DNA of 35,561 nucleotides from an uncultured Tangfeifania sp. (GCA_964443035.1 CAYUBV010000003.1:1-35561), one strand, 5' to 3'. Positions 17,737 to 26,096 are shown, counted from the stretch's first letter. Notes: a model not told the origin generated them from the letters alone. A program made the numbers and translations.

Positions 17737-20028
17737 CTAAAAACCTCTTTTATTGAAAAGTGTATAACCAAAACTAAGTGTCAGAAATAATTTGGTGTTT
17801 GGTTTTTCATAATAATTCATTGTCAAACTAACCGGCCCCAAACCGGTGTGGTAAACAAGCGCTGCCATTCCCTGAAAATAGTATTTGCTGAAAAGATTGG
17901 GATTGCGATATACCGTAAGATTTTCGTTTCTCAATTCTTCTTTAAAGGGCACAAACCCATGACTTTCAAGTCTTAAATGTGTGGAGGGAGAAAAATGAAA
18001 CAAAAATTTCAATCCGCCTGCAAGATAATTGTTTGAGTGAAAGTTCTCCACAAAAATTGTTTTGCTGTGAGCTGTAGGATAGTAGCCGGGAGCAGCCAGA
18101 AGTGTAGAACGGTAATTCTGAAAAAGTTCTTTATTGCTGAAAACAGCCTCTGCCTGTGTTCCGATAGTAACCCGGCTGCCGATGTTCCAGTATTTTAACG
18201 AAGAAGCTTTGGCAAGCAAATAACGGTGATTATTACTGCTTTCAACCGAAACAGATGAAGTTGTTCCGGGTTCATTGGTTTCTTTTCCGGTAATGTAATT
18301 TACAGAAACACAGTTAAACTCTCCCTCTGTTGCAAATTGTTTGTAATTCAACGAGTTATTTTCAATTCCCACTTTCGGAGCGAACGCGTTGAATTTTGTT
18401 TTGTCGGGTTCGTCTTCTTTTTTAAACCTGTAGGTCTGGTAATATTCGTCGGTAGAATTTACAAATGCTGCAGCGGCATATAATTTCGAATGTAATCCCA
18501 GCGGTATTCCTGCTTCCAGTCTGAAATTGTTTTCATCCTGGATAATAAAAGGGGGCCGGACATCCTCGAAAAACAGTTCGGAACTCGATGTGAAAAAATC
18601 CCAGCGGTTTAAAGTGGAATAGCCTGATAAATAAAAGGGTAACCGCGTGGGAAAATCAATACGTCCGCCAACTTTAAATGAGCTGTAAAACCTTCCGAAA
18701 AAGATGTTTGAACTGAGCGTGTAAGCGCGCCGGTTGTAAACACGGTAATCGAGGCTCGCAAATCCCTGGTTGATGGGTTTTGTTGAAATGTTTCCTCCGA
18801 TATTAATTCTGATTTTCTTTTCAGGCTCCACTTTCAGGTGCAAATCGAAATACCCGGTTTCACGGTTGTAATGCGCAACCGGCCGGATGGAGCGCAGGTG
18901 TTCATCGGCAATTAATTTAAAATATTCTTTTTTTAGTAAATTCAGCGAAACCACATCGTAACGGTGTTTTATCGACTGAATTATAAATTGCCGCTGCATG
19001 GGATCTTCAATTCCTTCTACCTGGATATTCTGGAAAAACAATTGCGGTTTTTTATTATTAAAAACTTCTCTTTTTCGTGCAATTTCTTCGGCAGGAATCT
19101 TTCTTTCAATACGCGATTTAATACTGTCGATATACTGGCGGGCTGTTTCCGATCCTCTTTCTTTTATATAATTAAACTTCTGAAAATCAAGCATTCTAAC
19201 ATTTTTAAATTTGGTTTCCATCAGCATGCCTTGTTCAGGCGGAATATCATAACTGGTGGGCCGCATTACCATGTTGGAAATTTGTTCCATTACATTGTCC
19301 GATTCCGGCATTTTACTATCATAGGCTACTTTATGCCCGATAATAATGTCGGGTTTGTAAATATCCATCATCATTTCGTGTGGAAAATTGTTTACAATTC
19401 CACCATCGAACAGAAGTGTATTATTGATTTTTATGGGTTTAAAATAGAGTGGGACCGTCATTGATGCACGAATGGCTTCTCCCAAATCACCTTCCCGCAA
19501 AATAACGGGTTTGTTGTTGTAAACATCGGTGGCCACGCAAAAGAAAGGCACCATTAAACTGTCGAACCGGCTTTGAGCTGCAGCATTTGTGGAAGCCAGC
19601 AGTTCCATAAAAGCAAAATTCATTTGTTCTTCCGGAATGAAACTGGCAGGTGGCAGTACTTTTAATTTATCTTCCTTTTTTTCAACTCTTAACTCAAGCC
19701 ACGAAGGATTAGCTTCGGGCTGGTTAAAATAATAGCGGTACTCTTCCTGGATGCGCCCGGTAGACCAAAAATAGAAATCATCTGAACGAAAAAGTTTCTC
19801 CATTTCATCGGGCGTGTAACCGGCAGCATACAAACCTCCGACAATGGCTCCAATAGATGTTCCGGAAATATAGTCGATGGGGATATTGTTTTCTTCCAGA
19901 ACACGGATAACGCCTATGTGCGCCATGCCTTTTGCACCGCCTCCGCTTAAAACCAAACCAACTGACTGCCCAGTTGAGTTAAAAGCAATTAAACATGATA
20001 TGAAAAAGATTAGGAAACCTCTGTTCAT
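17737..20028 (-). CDS. Patatin-like phospholipase fused to a probable C-terminal outer-membrane beta-barrel (PlpD/type Vd-like)
   Basis: Signal peptide, LSGGGAKG, GTSIG nucleophile motif, DGG; then a POTRA-like segment and an aromatic-rich beta-strand region with a terminal LFLTLSFGYTLF...F. Confidence 0.85.
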   Translation of the reverse strand: MNRGFLIFFISCLIAFNSTGQSVGLVLSGGGAKGMAHIGVIRVLEENNIPIDYISGTSIGAIVGGLYAAGYTPDEMEKLFRSDDFYFWSTGRIQEEYRYYFNQPEANPSWLELRVEKKEDKLKVLPPASFIPEEQMNFAFMELLASTNAAAQSRFDSLMVPFFCVATDVYNNKPVILREGDLGEAIRASMTVPLYFKPIKINNTLLFDGGIVNNFPHEMMMDIYKPDIIIGHKVAYDSKMPESDNVMEQISNMVMRPTSYDIPPEQGMLMETKFKNVRMLDFQKFNYIKERGSETARQYIDSIKSRIERKIPAEEIARKREVFNNKKPQLFFQNIQVEGIEDPMQRQFIIQSIKHRYDVVSLNLLKKEYFKLIADEHLRSIRPVAHYNRETGYFDLHLKVEPEKKIRINIGGNISTKPINQGFASLDYRVYNRRAYTLSSNIFFGRFYSSFKVGGRIDFPTRLPFYLSGYSTLNRWDFFTSSSELFFEDVRPPFIIQDENNFRLEAGIPLGLHSKLYAAAAFVNSTDEYYQTYRFKKEDEPDKTKFNAFAPKVGIENNSLNYKQFATEGEFNCVSVNYITGKETNEPGTTSSVSVESSNNHRYLLAKASSLKYWNIGSRVTIGTQAEAVFSNKELFQNYRSTLLAAPGYYPTAHSKTIFVENFHSNNYLAGGLKFLFHFSPSTHLRLESHGFVPFKEELRNENLTVYRNPNLFSKYYFQGMAALVYHTGLGPVSLTMNYYEKPNTKLFLTLSFGYTLFNKRGF

Positions 20029-20057
20029 GGCTTTTACTGAAACTTTCTGAATTCGCT

Positions 20058-20065
20058 CAAATTTA
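20058..20065 (-). promoter_or_regulatory. -7 box (TAAATTTG) upstream of the patatin gene
   Basis: Plus-strand CAAATTTA, 29 bp upstream of ATG 20028. Confidence 0.6.
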
Positions 20066-20159
20066 CAAAATATCGGGCTGTTTTTTGCCTGATTTGGAAA
20101 TCTAATCGAATTTATTCGGTGAATAGTCGAAAATAAAACGTGAATGTCGAAGGTAAATT

Positions 20160-21086
20160 TTAATTTGAATTTATTTTTTTTCCAAGGTTCTGAAAACCTT
20201 CACCCAGGATTTCCCGGGCATCCATAACCGTAATAAACGCATCCGGATCGATGCGGCTGATATATTCTTCCAAAATAGCCACTTCGCGGCGGCTTACTAC
20301 CGTATAGATGATTTGTTTTTCTTGGGCCGTAAACATGCCTTCACCTTTCAAATAAGTGCCGCCTCTTTCCAAATCATTCAATATTTTTTCTTTGATTTCA
20401 GGGTGCTTTTTAGAGACAATTAGCAATGCTTTGTTGTAATCTGCACCTTCCAGAATAAGATCGATAGCACGGCCTGTAATGAAAATAACAATGAGAGAAT
20501 ACAACGGAATGTGCCAGTCCTGAAACACTGCCAGGCCGAGTAATACAATTGCTGAATCGACATAAATCATGAGCCGCCCAAGCTGTATCCGGGTGTATTT
20601 GGCAATTATCATGGCAACAATATCCGATCCGCCTGAAGTGGCCCTCGATTTGAAAATCAATCCTAAACCTGCGCCAATCAAAACACCTCCATAAATGCAC
20701 GACAGCAACACATCGGTAACAAGCGGTGCATAACTTTCGGGCCGGAGGTAAGCAATTAAATCAATAAAACCCGAAGCCAGTACAAACCCGACAATGGTTT
20801 TTATTCCAAACCGTGGTCCCAGAATTTTTATTCCTGCAATCGTTAACGGAATATTCAAAACCAACCCGAAAAGTCCGATGGGAATTCCCTCGGGCCAGAA
20901 AGAAAAAACTCCTTCGGTTAAATAATGCACCACAATGGCGATGCCGTAAACACCACCAGGCACTATTCTGTGCGGTGTTATGAAATACACATATCCTGCG
21001 GCCAAAACAAAGGAGCCGATCAAAATCAGGGAGTAGTCGATAAACCACTGCCGGCTGAATAATTTTTCTTTTCTGAGGAATGCCAT
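20160..21086 (-). CDS. YitT-family membrane protein (C-terminal DUF2179-like domain)
   Basis: PGGVYG, NIPL, ATSGGSDI, LERGGT..GEGMFT and IDPDAFI...EILGEGF motifs. Confidence 0.92.
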   Translation of the reverse strand: MAFLRKEKLFSRQWFIDYSLILIGSFVLAAGYVYFITPHRIVPGGVYGIAIVVHYLTEGVFSFWPEGIPIGLFGLVLNIPLTIAGIKILGPRFGIKTIVGFVLASGFIDLIAYLRPESYAPLVTDVLLSCIYGGVLIGAGLGLIFKSRATSGGSDIVAMIIAKYTRIQLGRLMIYVDSAIVLLGLAVFQDWHIPLYSLIVIFITGRAIDLILEGADYNKALLIVSKKHPEIKEKILNDLERGGTYLKGEGMFTAQEKQIIYTVVSRREVAILEEYISRIDPDAFITVMDAREILGEGFQNLGKKINSN

Positions 21087-21104
21087 TTTGTATTTTTTAC
21101 ATTA

Positions 21105-21134
21105 GTGTCCGGTAAAGATTTATTTACCGGACAC
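21105..21134. other. Perfect 12-bp inverted repeat between GH92 and yitT
   Basis: GTGTCCGGTAAA-gattta-TTTACCGGACAC. Confidence 0.85.
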
Positions 21135-21170
21135 CAGTATTTTTATACAAATGACAGCAAACCAGAATAA

Positions 21171-23468
21171 TTATTCATTGATTTTTGTCACTGAAAATGG
21201 GAAACTTTCGGGTGAAGTCCATAAATTTTTATTGGGAGTTTCACCCATTTCAAATTTCAACGTTCCACCCTCCAGCAGTTCATCATGGTTAAGGTAAGAA
21301 GTCTCAAGCTCTTTTCCTTGGAATTCAGCATTTTGAATGTAATAATTTCCATCTGCACCAGGTGCGCTGATGGTCAGTATATTTCCGGTTGGCATTTCAA
21401 TTTTTACTTTTTCAAAAAGTGGTGTGCCTATCACATATTCCGGTGTTCCCGGGCAAACCGGGTAAAAACCAAGCGCTGAAAATACATACCAGGCCGAAGT
21501 TTGTCCGTTGTCTTCATCGCCGCAATAGCCGTCGGGTGTTGGTTGGTAGAGTTTTGTCAGTACCTCACGGATGTGTTGCTGTGTTTTCCATGGTTGTCCG
21601 GCGTAATTGTACAGGTAAATCATGTGCTGAACCGGCTGGTTGCCGTGTGCGTAATTGCCCATGTTCACAATTTGCATTTCCCTGATTTCGTGAATGGTAA
21701 ATCCATAATACGAATTATCGAAAATTGGCGGAACTTCAAAAACAGAGTCGAGCATTGCTGTAAATCCATCGTGTCCGCCCATCAGTTGCGCCAAACCTTC
21801 CACATCGTGAAACACGCTCCAGGTATAATGCCAGCTATTTCCTTCGGTAAAAGCATCGCCCCATTTGTACGGATTGAATGGCGACTGGAAAGTACCGTCT
21901 TCGTTTTTGCCACGCATCAGTTTCGTCTCCGGATCGAATACATTTTTATAATTCTGAGAACGTTTTTCAAAAAGCTCAATTTCTTCCTGCGGCTTACCGA
22001 GTTCCTTTGCCAATTCGGCAATACAGTAATCGGCATATCCGTATTCAAGCGTCCGGGCTGTGTTTTCGCGTATCCCGACATCATACGGAATGTAGCCCAG
22101 CTCATTATAATATTCTGCACCAAAACGGCCCACTGAACTTACCGGGCCTTTTCCTTCAGTATTTTTCAGAATCGCTTCATACAATGTTTCAATATCATAA
22201 CCGCGAATTCCTTTCAAATAAGAATCAGCAATTAACGATGCGGAGTTGGAGCCAATCATGCAGTCGCGGTGACCGGGGCTGGCCCATTCGGGCAACCAGC
22301 CGCTTTCTTTGTAAGTATTTACAAGTCCCTGCATAATTTTGCTGTTCAGGTCGGGGTACATCAGCGTAAAAAACGGAAAAACCGCCCTGAATGTATCCCA
22401 GAAACCGTTGTCGGTAAACATGTAACCCGGCAAAACTTCGCCGTTATACGGACTGTAATGAACGATTTCATTGTCGGCATTGTATTCATAAAATTTACGG
22501 GGAAACAGTAAAACCCGGTACAAACTGCTGTAAAAAGTGCGGGCATTGTCGATATTTTCAGTTTGAACCTGAATTCTTCCAAGTTCCCTGTTCCAGACTT
22601 CTTTTCCTTCATCCAGCAATTCAGCAAACGATTTATTGCCAATTTCACGTTCAAGGTTCAGTTCAGCCTGATCCAGACTAATAAATGAAGAAGCTACTTT
22701 GAGCTGAATTATTTCGTCTCGTTTCGTGTCGAATTGTAAAATTGCACCAGTGTGCAGGTCTTTTAGCTCATTTTTATCCTGAAAAATGGATTCATTGTCT
22801 GAAATATAATGTGTTTTAAAAGGTTTGCTAAACTGAATCACAAACCAGTTTTTGAAATTGGCAGGCACACCGCCGCTGTTTTTTGTGGTGTATCCAACCA
22901 CCTTATTTTCTTCGGGTATCACTTTAATGTACGAACCTCCGTCAAAAGCATCTACAATGATTTGAGAGCTGTCGTTCTCCGGAAATTTGAATTCAAACAT
23001 CGAAGCCCGGTCGGTAGCAGTAAATGCTGCTTCCACATCGTAGTCGGCCAGGTAAACTTCGTAAAGGTAGGGTTTTACAGTTTCAGCTTTATGCGAAAAC
23101 CAACTGGCCCTTTCATTTTCGTTGAAAACGGGAGAACCGGTAGTTGCAAAAACTGAAAATTGTCCGTAATCGTTAATCCACGGGCTGGGCTGGTGGGTTT
23201 GTTTAAAACCGCGCAATTTATAGGCATCGTACTGGTACATCCAGCCGTCGCCCATTACATTGGTTTGCGGTGCCCAGAAATTCATTCCCCACGGACGCGC
23301 GATTGCAGGGTATGTGTTTCCGTTACTCAGGCTGAATTCCGAATCGGTTCCCATCAACGGGTTGACGAGTTCAACAGGATCTTCCAGGTATTTTCCGTTT
23401 TCATTTTGATTTTGTGTGCAGGCAGCAAAAAATAGTATAACTGATAGAAATATTAACGACTGTTTCAT
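21171..23468 (-). CDS. GH92 alpha-mannosidase, lipoprotein
   Basis: Lipobox FAAC; GNTYP, THQPSPWINDYG, TDNGFWDTFR, CMIG, FTEGNSWHY, HGNQP and GDEDNGQTSAW motifs. Confidence 0.94.
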   Translation of the reverse strand: MKQSLIFLSVILFFAACTQNQNENGKYLEDPVELVNPLMGTDSEFSLSNGNTYPAIARPWGMNFWAPQTNVMGDGWMYQYDAYKLRGFKQTHQPSPWINDYGQFSVFATTGSPVFNENERASWFSHKAETVKPYLYEVYLADYDVEAAFTATDRASMFEFKFPENDSSQIIVDAFDGGSYIKVIPEENKVVGYTTKNSGGVPANFKNWFVIQFSKPFKTHYISDNESIFQDKNELKDLHTGAILQFDTKRDEIIQLKVASSFISLDQAELNLEREIGNKSFAELLDEGKEVWNRELGRIQVQTENIDNARTFYSSLYRVLLFPRKFYEYNADNEIVHYSPYNGEVLPGYMFTDNGFWDTFRAVFPFFTLMYPDLNSKIMQGLVNTYKESGWLPEWASPGHRDCMIGSNSASLIADSYLKGIRGYDIETLYEAILKNTEGKGPVSSVGRFGAEYYNELGYIPYDVGIRENTARTLEYGYADYCIAELAKELGKPQEEIELFEKRSQNYKNVFDPETKLMRGKNEDGTFQSPFNPYKWGDAFTEGNSWHYTWSVFHDVEGLAQLMGGHDGFTAMLDSVFEVPPIFDNSYYGFTIHEIREMQIVNMGNYAHGNQPVQHMIYLYNYAGQPWKTQQHIREVLTKLYQPTPDGYCGDEDNGQTSAWYVFSALGFYPVCPGTPEYVIGTPLFEKVKIEMPTGNILTISAPGADGNYYIQNAEFQGKELETSYLNHDELLEGGTLKFEMGETPNKNLWTSPESFPFSVTKINE

Positions 23469-23516
23469 CTTTGTTCTCCTTTAAATAATAGTTGATTCAA
23501 TATTAAAAACCCGACC

Positions 23517-23524
23517 CAAAAATA
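23517..23524 (-). promoter_or_regulatory. -7 box (TATTTTTG) upstream of GH92
   Basis: Plus-strand CAAAAATA, 48 bp upstream of ATG 23468. Confidence 0.55.
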
Positions 23525-23585
23525 GAAGAATCAGTCAACCTAATAAAGCTTTTTGTGGATTTTTAAATTTTTTTAGAAAGTATGT

Positions 23586-24620
23586 TTAATCGAGCGTGAA
23601 GCGATACGAAATGGTTCCCTGCTGAAAAGCCGGTGCATCTTCATCCACGTTAAACTTTGTTTTCAGGGCAGCCTGCCGGGCTTCTTTCCAATAACTCTGG
23701 TCTCCAATCGTCGTTCCACGCACACCTGCTTCGGCGGCTGTTACCTTACCGTATCTGTCAACGGTAATTTTAACTACCACCAGGCCTTCATCGTTACCCG
23801 GATAATTTGGCTTTGCCAAAGAACTGACTGAACGTCCTGTCAGGCTGTAGGAAACTCCCGCTCCCTGATCTCCGGAACCACTTCCTCCGGGGCCATCGCT
23901 ACCTGCATCAGGATCGCCGGTAGGAACTCCCTGGTTTCCACCCGGGAAAGTTGCTCCCTGGCTTTGGGTATCGCTGGTTCCCTGGCCTTCAGTTCCCTGG
24001 TTTTCTTCGCCAAAAGCGCCCTGGGCCCGCTCATTTATTTCGCTTATTCTCCGTTGTTCTTCTTCACGTTTTTTACGTTCCGCTTCTTCGCGCCGCTGGC
24101 GTTCCAGCTCGGCTTGCCGCTGACGTTCCAGTTCAGCCTGTCGTTCTCTTTCTATTTCTGCCTGGCGTTGTCTTTCCTGTTCTGCTTGTCGCTGTTCTTC
24201 CAATTCCTGCTGGCGACGACGTTCTTCGTCAATTCTGCGCTGCCGTTCTTCTTCTTCCTGCCGTTTTTTCTCAGCAGCATCAATCGCAGCAGTTTCTTCG
24301 TAATCCTGGGTCATTGCCTCTTCTTCAGCAGTTTCAGGTTCCGATTGTTGCGGAGGAGTAGACGGTGGCGGGGGTGGGGGAGTTGCTTCTTCCTGCTCCT
24401 GTTGCTGAACCGGCTCTTGTTGTGCAGGTTCGCTTCTTTGCGGACGGGGCTCCTGTTGTCCCAACCCTTGTTCGCTGTCGCCAAAATTCACAAGGATTCC
24501 TTCTTCGCCCGGTAATGGCAGCGGAGTAAAAAATCCCAGAAATATCAGCATTAACAGAACGATTGCATGAAAAATAACCGTCCCTAAAATTCCCCTTTTA
24601 TGTTTTTTATAAAAACTCAT
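23586..24620 (-). CDS. TonB/TolA-like energy transducer
   Basis: N-terminal TM with T-x3-H (TVIFH), Pro/Gln-rich linker, long E/R/Q helix, Gly-rich spacer and a TonB-C-like domain (GLVVVKITVDRYGKV...AA...F...GTISYRF). Downstream of exbB-exbD. Confidence 0.85.
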   Translation of the reverse strand: MSFYKKHKRGILGTVIFHAIVLLMLIFLGFFTPLPLPGEEGILVNFGDSEQGLGQQEPRPQRSEPAQQEPVQQQEQEEATPPPPPPSTPPQQSEPETAEEEAMTQDYEETAAIDAAEKKRQEEEERQRRIDEERRRQQELEEQRQAEQERQRQAEIERERQAELERQRQAELERQRREEAERKKREEEQRRISEINERAQGAFGEENQGTEGQGTSDTQSQGATFPGGNQGVPTGDPDAGSDGPGGSGSGDQGAGVSYSLTGRSVSSLAKPNYPGNDEGLVVVKITVDRYGKVTAAEAGVRGTTIGDQSYWKEARQAALKTKFNVDEDAPAFQQGTISYRFTLD

Positions 24621-24637
24621 TAATCATTCACCTTCTT

Positions 24638-25045
24638 CTAATCTGACGATGTTGCCGCTATCATTTTATACTTATTCCGGCGGGCAATGTTCATAATTTT
24701 AACAATTTCGTCCCACGGAACGGATTTGTCTGCATGCAGTGAAATATAAATATCGTCGTTTCCAACGCCGTATCTGTTTTGAAGAAACGGCTCTATTTCG
24801 TTGAATGCTACCCGTTTGAGAGCGCCATCCTCATTAACATAATATTGCAGATCTTTGGTCACTGAAATAGTGGTTATTGGTTTGGCTGCTGTTTGATTGT
24901 TGCTTTGCGGAAGCAACAATTTCAGGGCGTTGGGCGCAATCAAAGTAGAGGTCACCATGAAAAAAATCAATAACAGAAAAACGATGTCTGTCATTGACGA
25001 CATACTAAAAGCGGCGTTAATACGATTTCTACGTTTTAGTGCCAT
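24638..25045 (-). CDS. exbD: ExbD/TolR biopolymer transport protein
   Basis: SMTDIVFLLLIFFMVTS TM with the conserved Asp; ADKSV...IVKIM. Confidence 0.92.
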   Translation of the reverse strand: MALKRRNRINAAFSMSSMTDIVFLLLIFFMVTSTLIAPNALKLLLPQSNNQTAAKPITTISVTKDLQYYVNEDGALKRVAFNEIEPFLQNRYGVGNDDIYISLHADKSVPWDEIVKIMNIARRNKYKMIAATSSD

Positions 25046-25055
25046 TGTACTGTTT

Positions 25056-25748
25056 TTAAGCGGGTTCGTTCAATATATCCATAAACTCGGAAGTTGTCGC
25101 TTCCATTTTAAAAACTATTGTTTCAACATTGGCCACCAGGATATTGTAAGCAAAATAGGCGATAATACCAACAATTAAACCGGCAACCGTTGTTACCATA
25201 GCCTGGTAAATACCCGATGAAAGTAACGTTACATCAATGTTGTTTCCGGCATTGGCCATGTCGTAAAACGCCTGGATCATTCCCATAACCGTGCCAAGAA
25301 ATCCGATCATTGGTGCACCCCCGGCCACCGATGCCAAAACAGGCAATCCTTTCTCCAGTTTCGAAATCTCGAGGTTCCCGACATTGTTAATGGCTTCGTT
25401 TACATCGGTCAGCGGCCGGCCAATACGGCTGATGCCTTTTTCCAGCATCCGCGCGGCAGGGTTTGAACTGCTCCGGCACAGATTAATGGCTTCATCGATT
25501 TTACCACTGGTAATGTAAATTTTTATTTTTTCCAGTAAACTGGTATCGAATTTTCCGGCCTTTTTAATGGCGAAATACCTGTCGAAAAATATGTAAACGG
25601 CAATAATCGACAATAAAATAATCGGAACCATAATCCATCCGCCTTTTAAAGCCAAATCGATGAATTTTGTCGAGATTCCTTCGGGTTCTGTGACCAACGT
25701 ATCCATCTGGGTGGTTGGGTCGGCCTGGATCAATAAAAGTTTCAACAT
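25056..25748 (-). CDS. exbB: ExbB/TolQ (MotA family) proton channel
   Basis: GGWIM.PI, APMIGFLGTVMGMI and GIYQAMVTTVAGLIVGI motifs. Confidence 0.92.
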   Translation of the reverse strand: MLKLLLIQADPTTQMDTLVTEPEGISTKFIDLALKGGWIMVPIILLSIIAVYIFFDRYFAIKKAGKFDTSLLEKIKIYITSGKIDEAINLCRSSSNPAARMLEKGISRIGRPLTDVNEAINNVGNLEISKLEKGLPVLASVAGGAPMIGFLGTVMGMIQAFYDMANAGNNIDVTLLSSGIYQAMVTTVAGLIVGIIAYFAYNILVANVETIVFKMEATTSEFMDILNEPA

Positions 25749-25812
25749 GGGTCTATACTTTTCCTTTAAATTTAAAACAAAAACGAATTACACTAACAAT
25801 TATTATAGAACG

Positions 25813-25820
25813 CAAAAATA
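25813..25820 (-). promoter_or_regulatory. -7 box (TATTTTTG) upstream of exbB
   Basis: Plus-strand CAAAAATA, 64 bp upstream of ATG 25748. Confidence 0.5.
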
Positions 25821-26025
25821 AGGATTATTATACAACACATCCATGCCTTTTAAAACCGGAAAATACAAGTTATGAACAATCAGGGTTTAATTGTTTTCAA
25901 AAGGCACAAAAACTCCCAAAGATTAAACGGCTGAGAATTGCATAAAAATAATTTTTCTGCACTACTTTCCGAATAGCGCAATCTGGCGGATATACGTGGT
26001 ATTCCAAAATATCAATTAAATACAT

Positions 26026-26053
26026 TTGTCTTATAATTGATATTAAGTTAAAT
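26026..26053 (+). other. dif-like XerC/XerD recombination site
   Basis: TTGTCTTATAA-TTGATA-TTAAGTTAAAT has the 11-6-11 layout. The right arm matches 10/11 of the canonical XerD arm TTATGTTAAAT; the left arm ends in ATAA like XerC arms. Confidence 0.5.
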
Positions 26054-26066
26054 AGGTTTAATATTC

Positions 26067-26096
26067 AAAAAGGAGAGTAGCAAACCCTCCTTTTTT
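26067..26096 (-). terminator. Intrinsic terminator after the gyrA-TPR operon (bidirectional type)
   Basis: AAAAAGGAG...CTCCTTTTTT, about 10 bp beyond the TPR stop codon. Confidence 0.72.

Noticed and set aside
23964..24515. 183-aa very hydrophobic ORF resembling a membrane protein
   Set aside because: It is the mirror of the Glu/Arg/Gln-rich TonB helix (GAA/AGA read as Phe/Ser/Leu on the other strand).
25715..25945. 76-aa plus-strand ORF in the exbB upstream region
   Set aside because: TTG start inside exbB, runs antisense through the exbB promoter and has no recognisable features.
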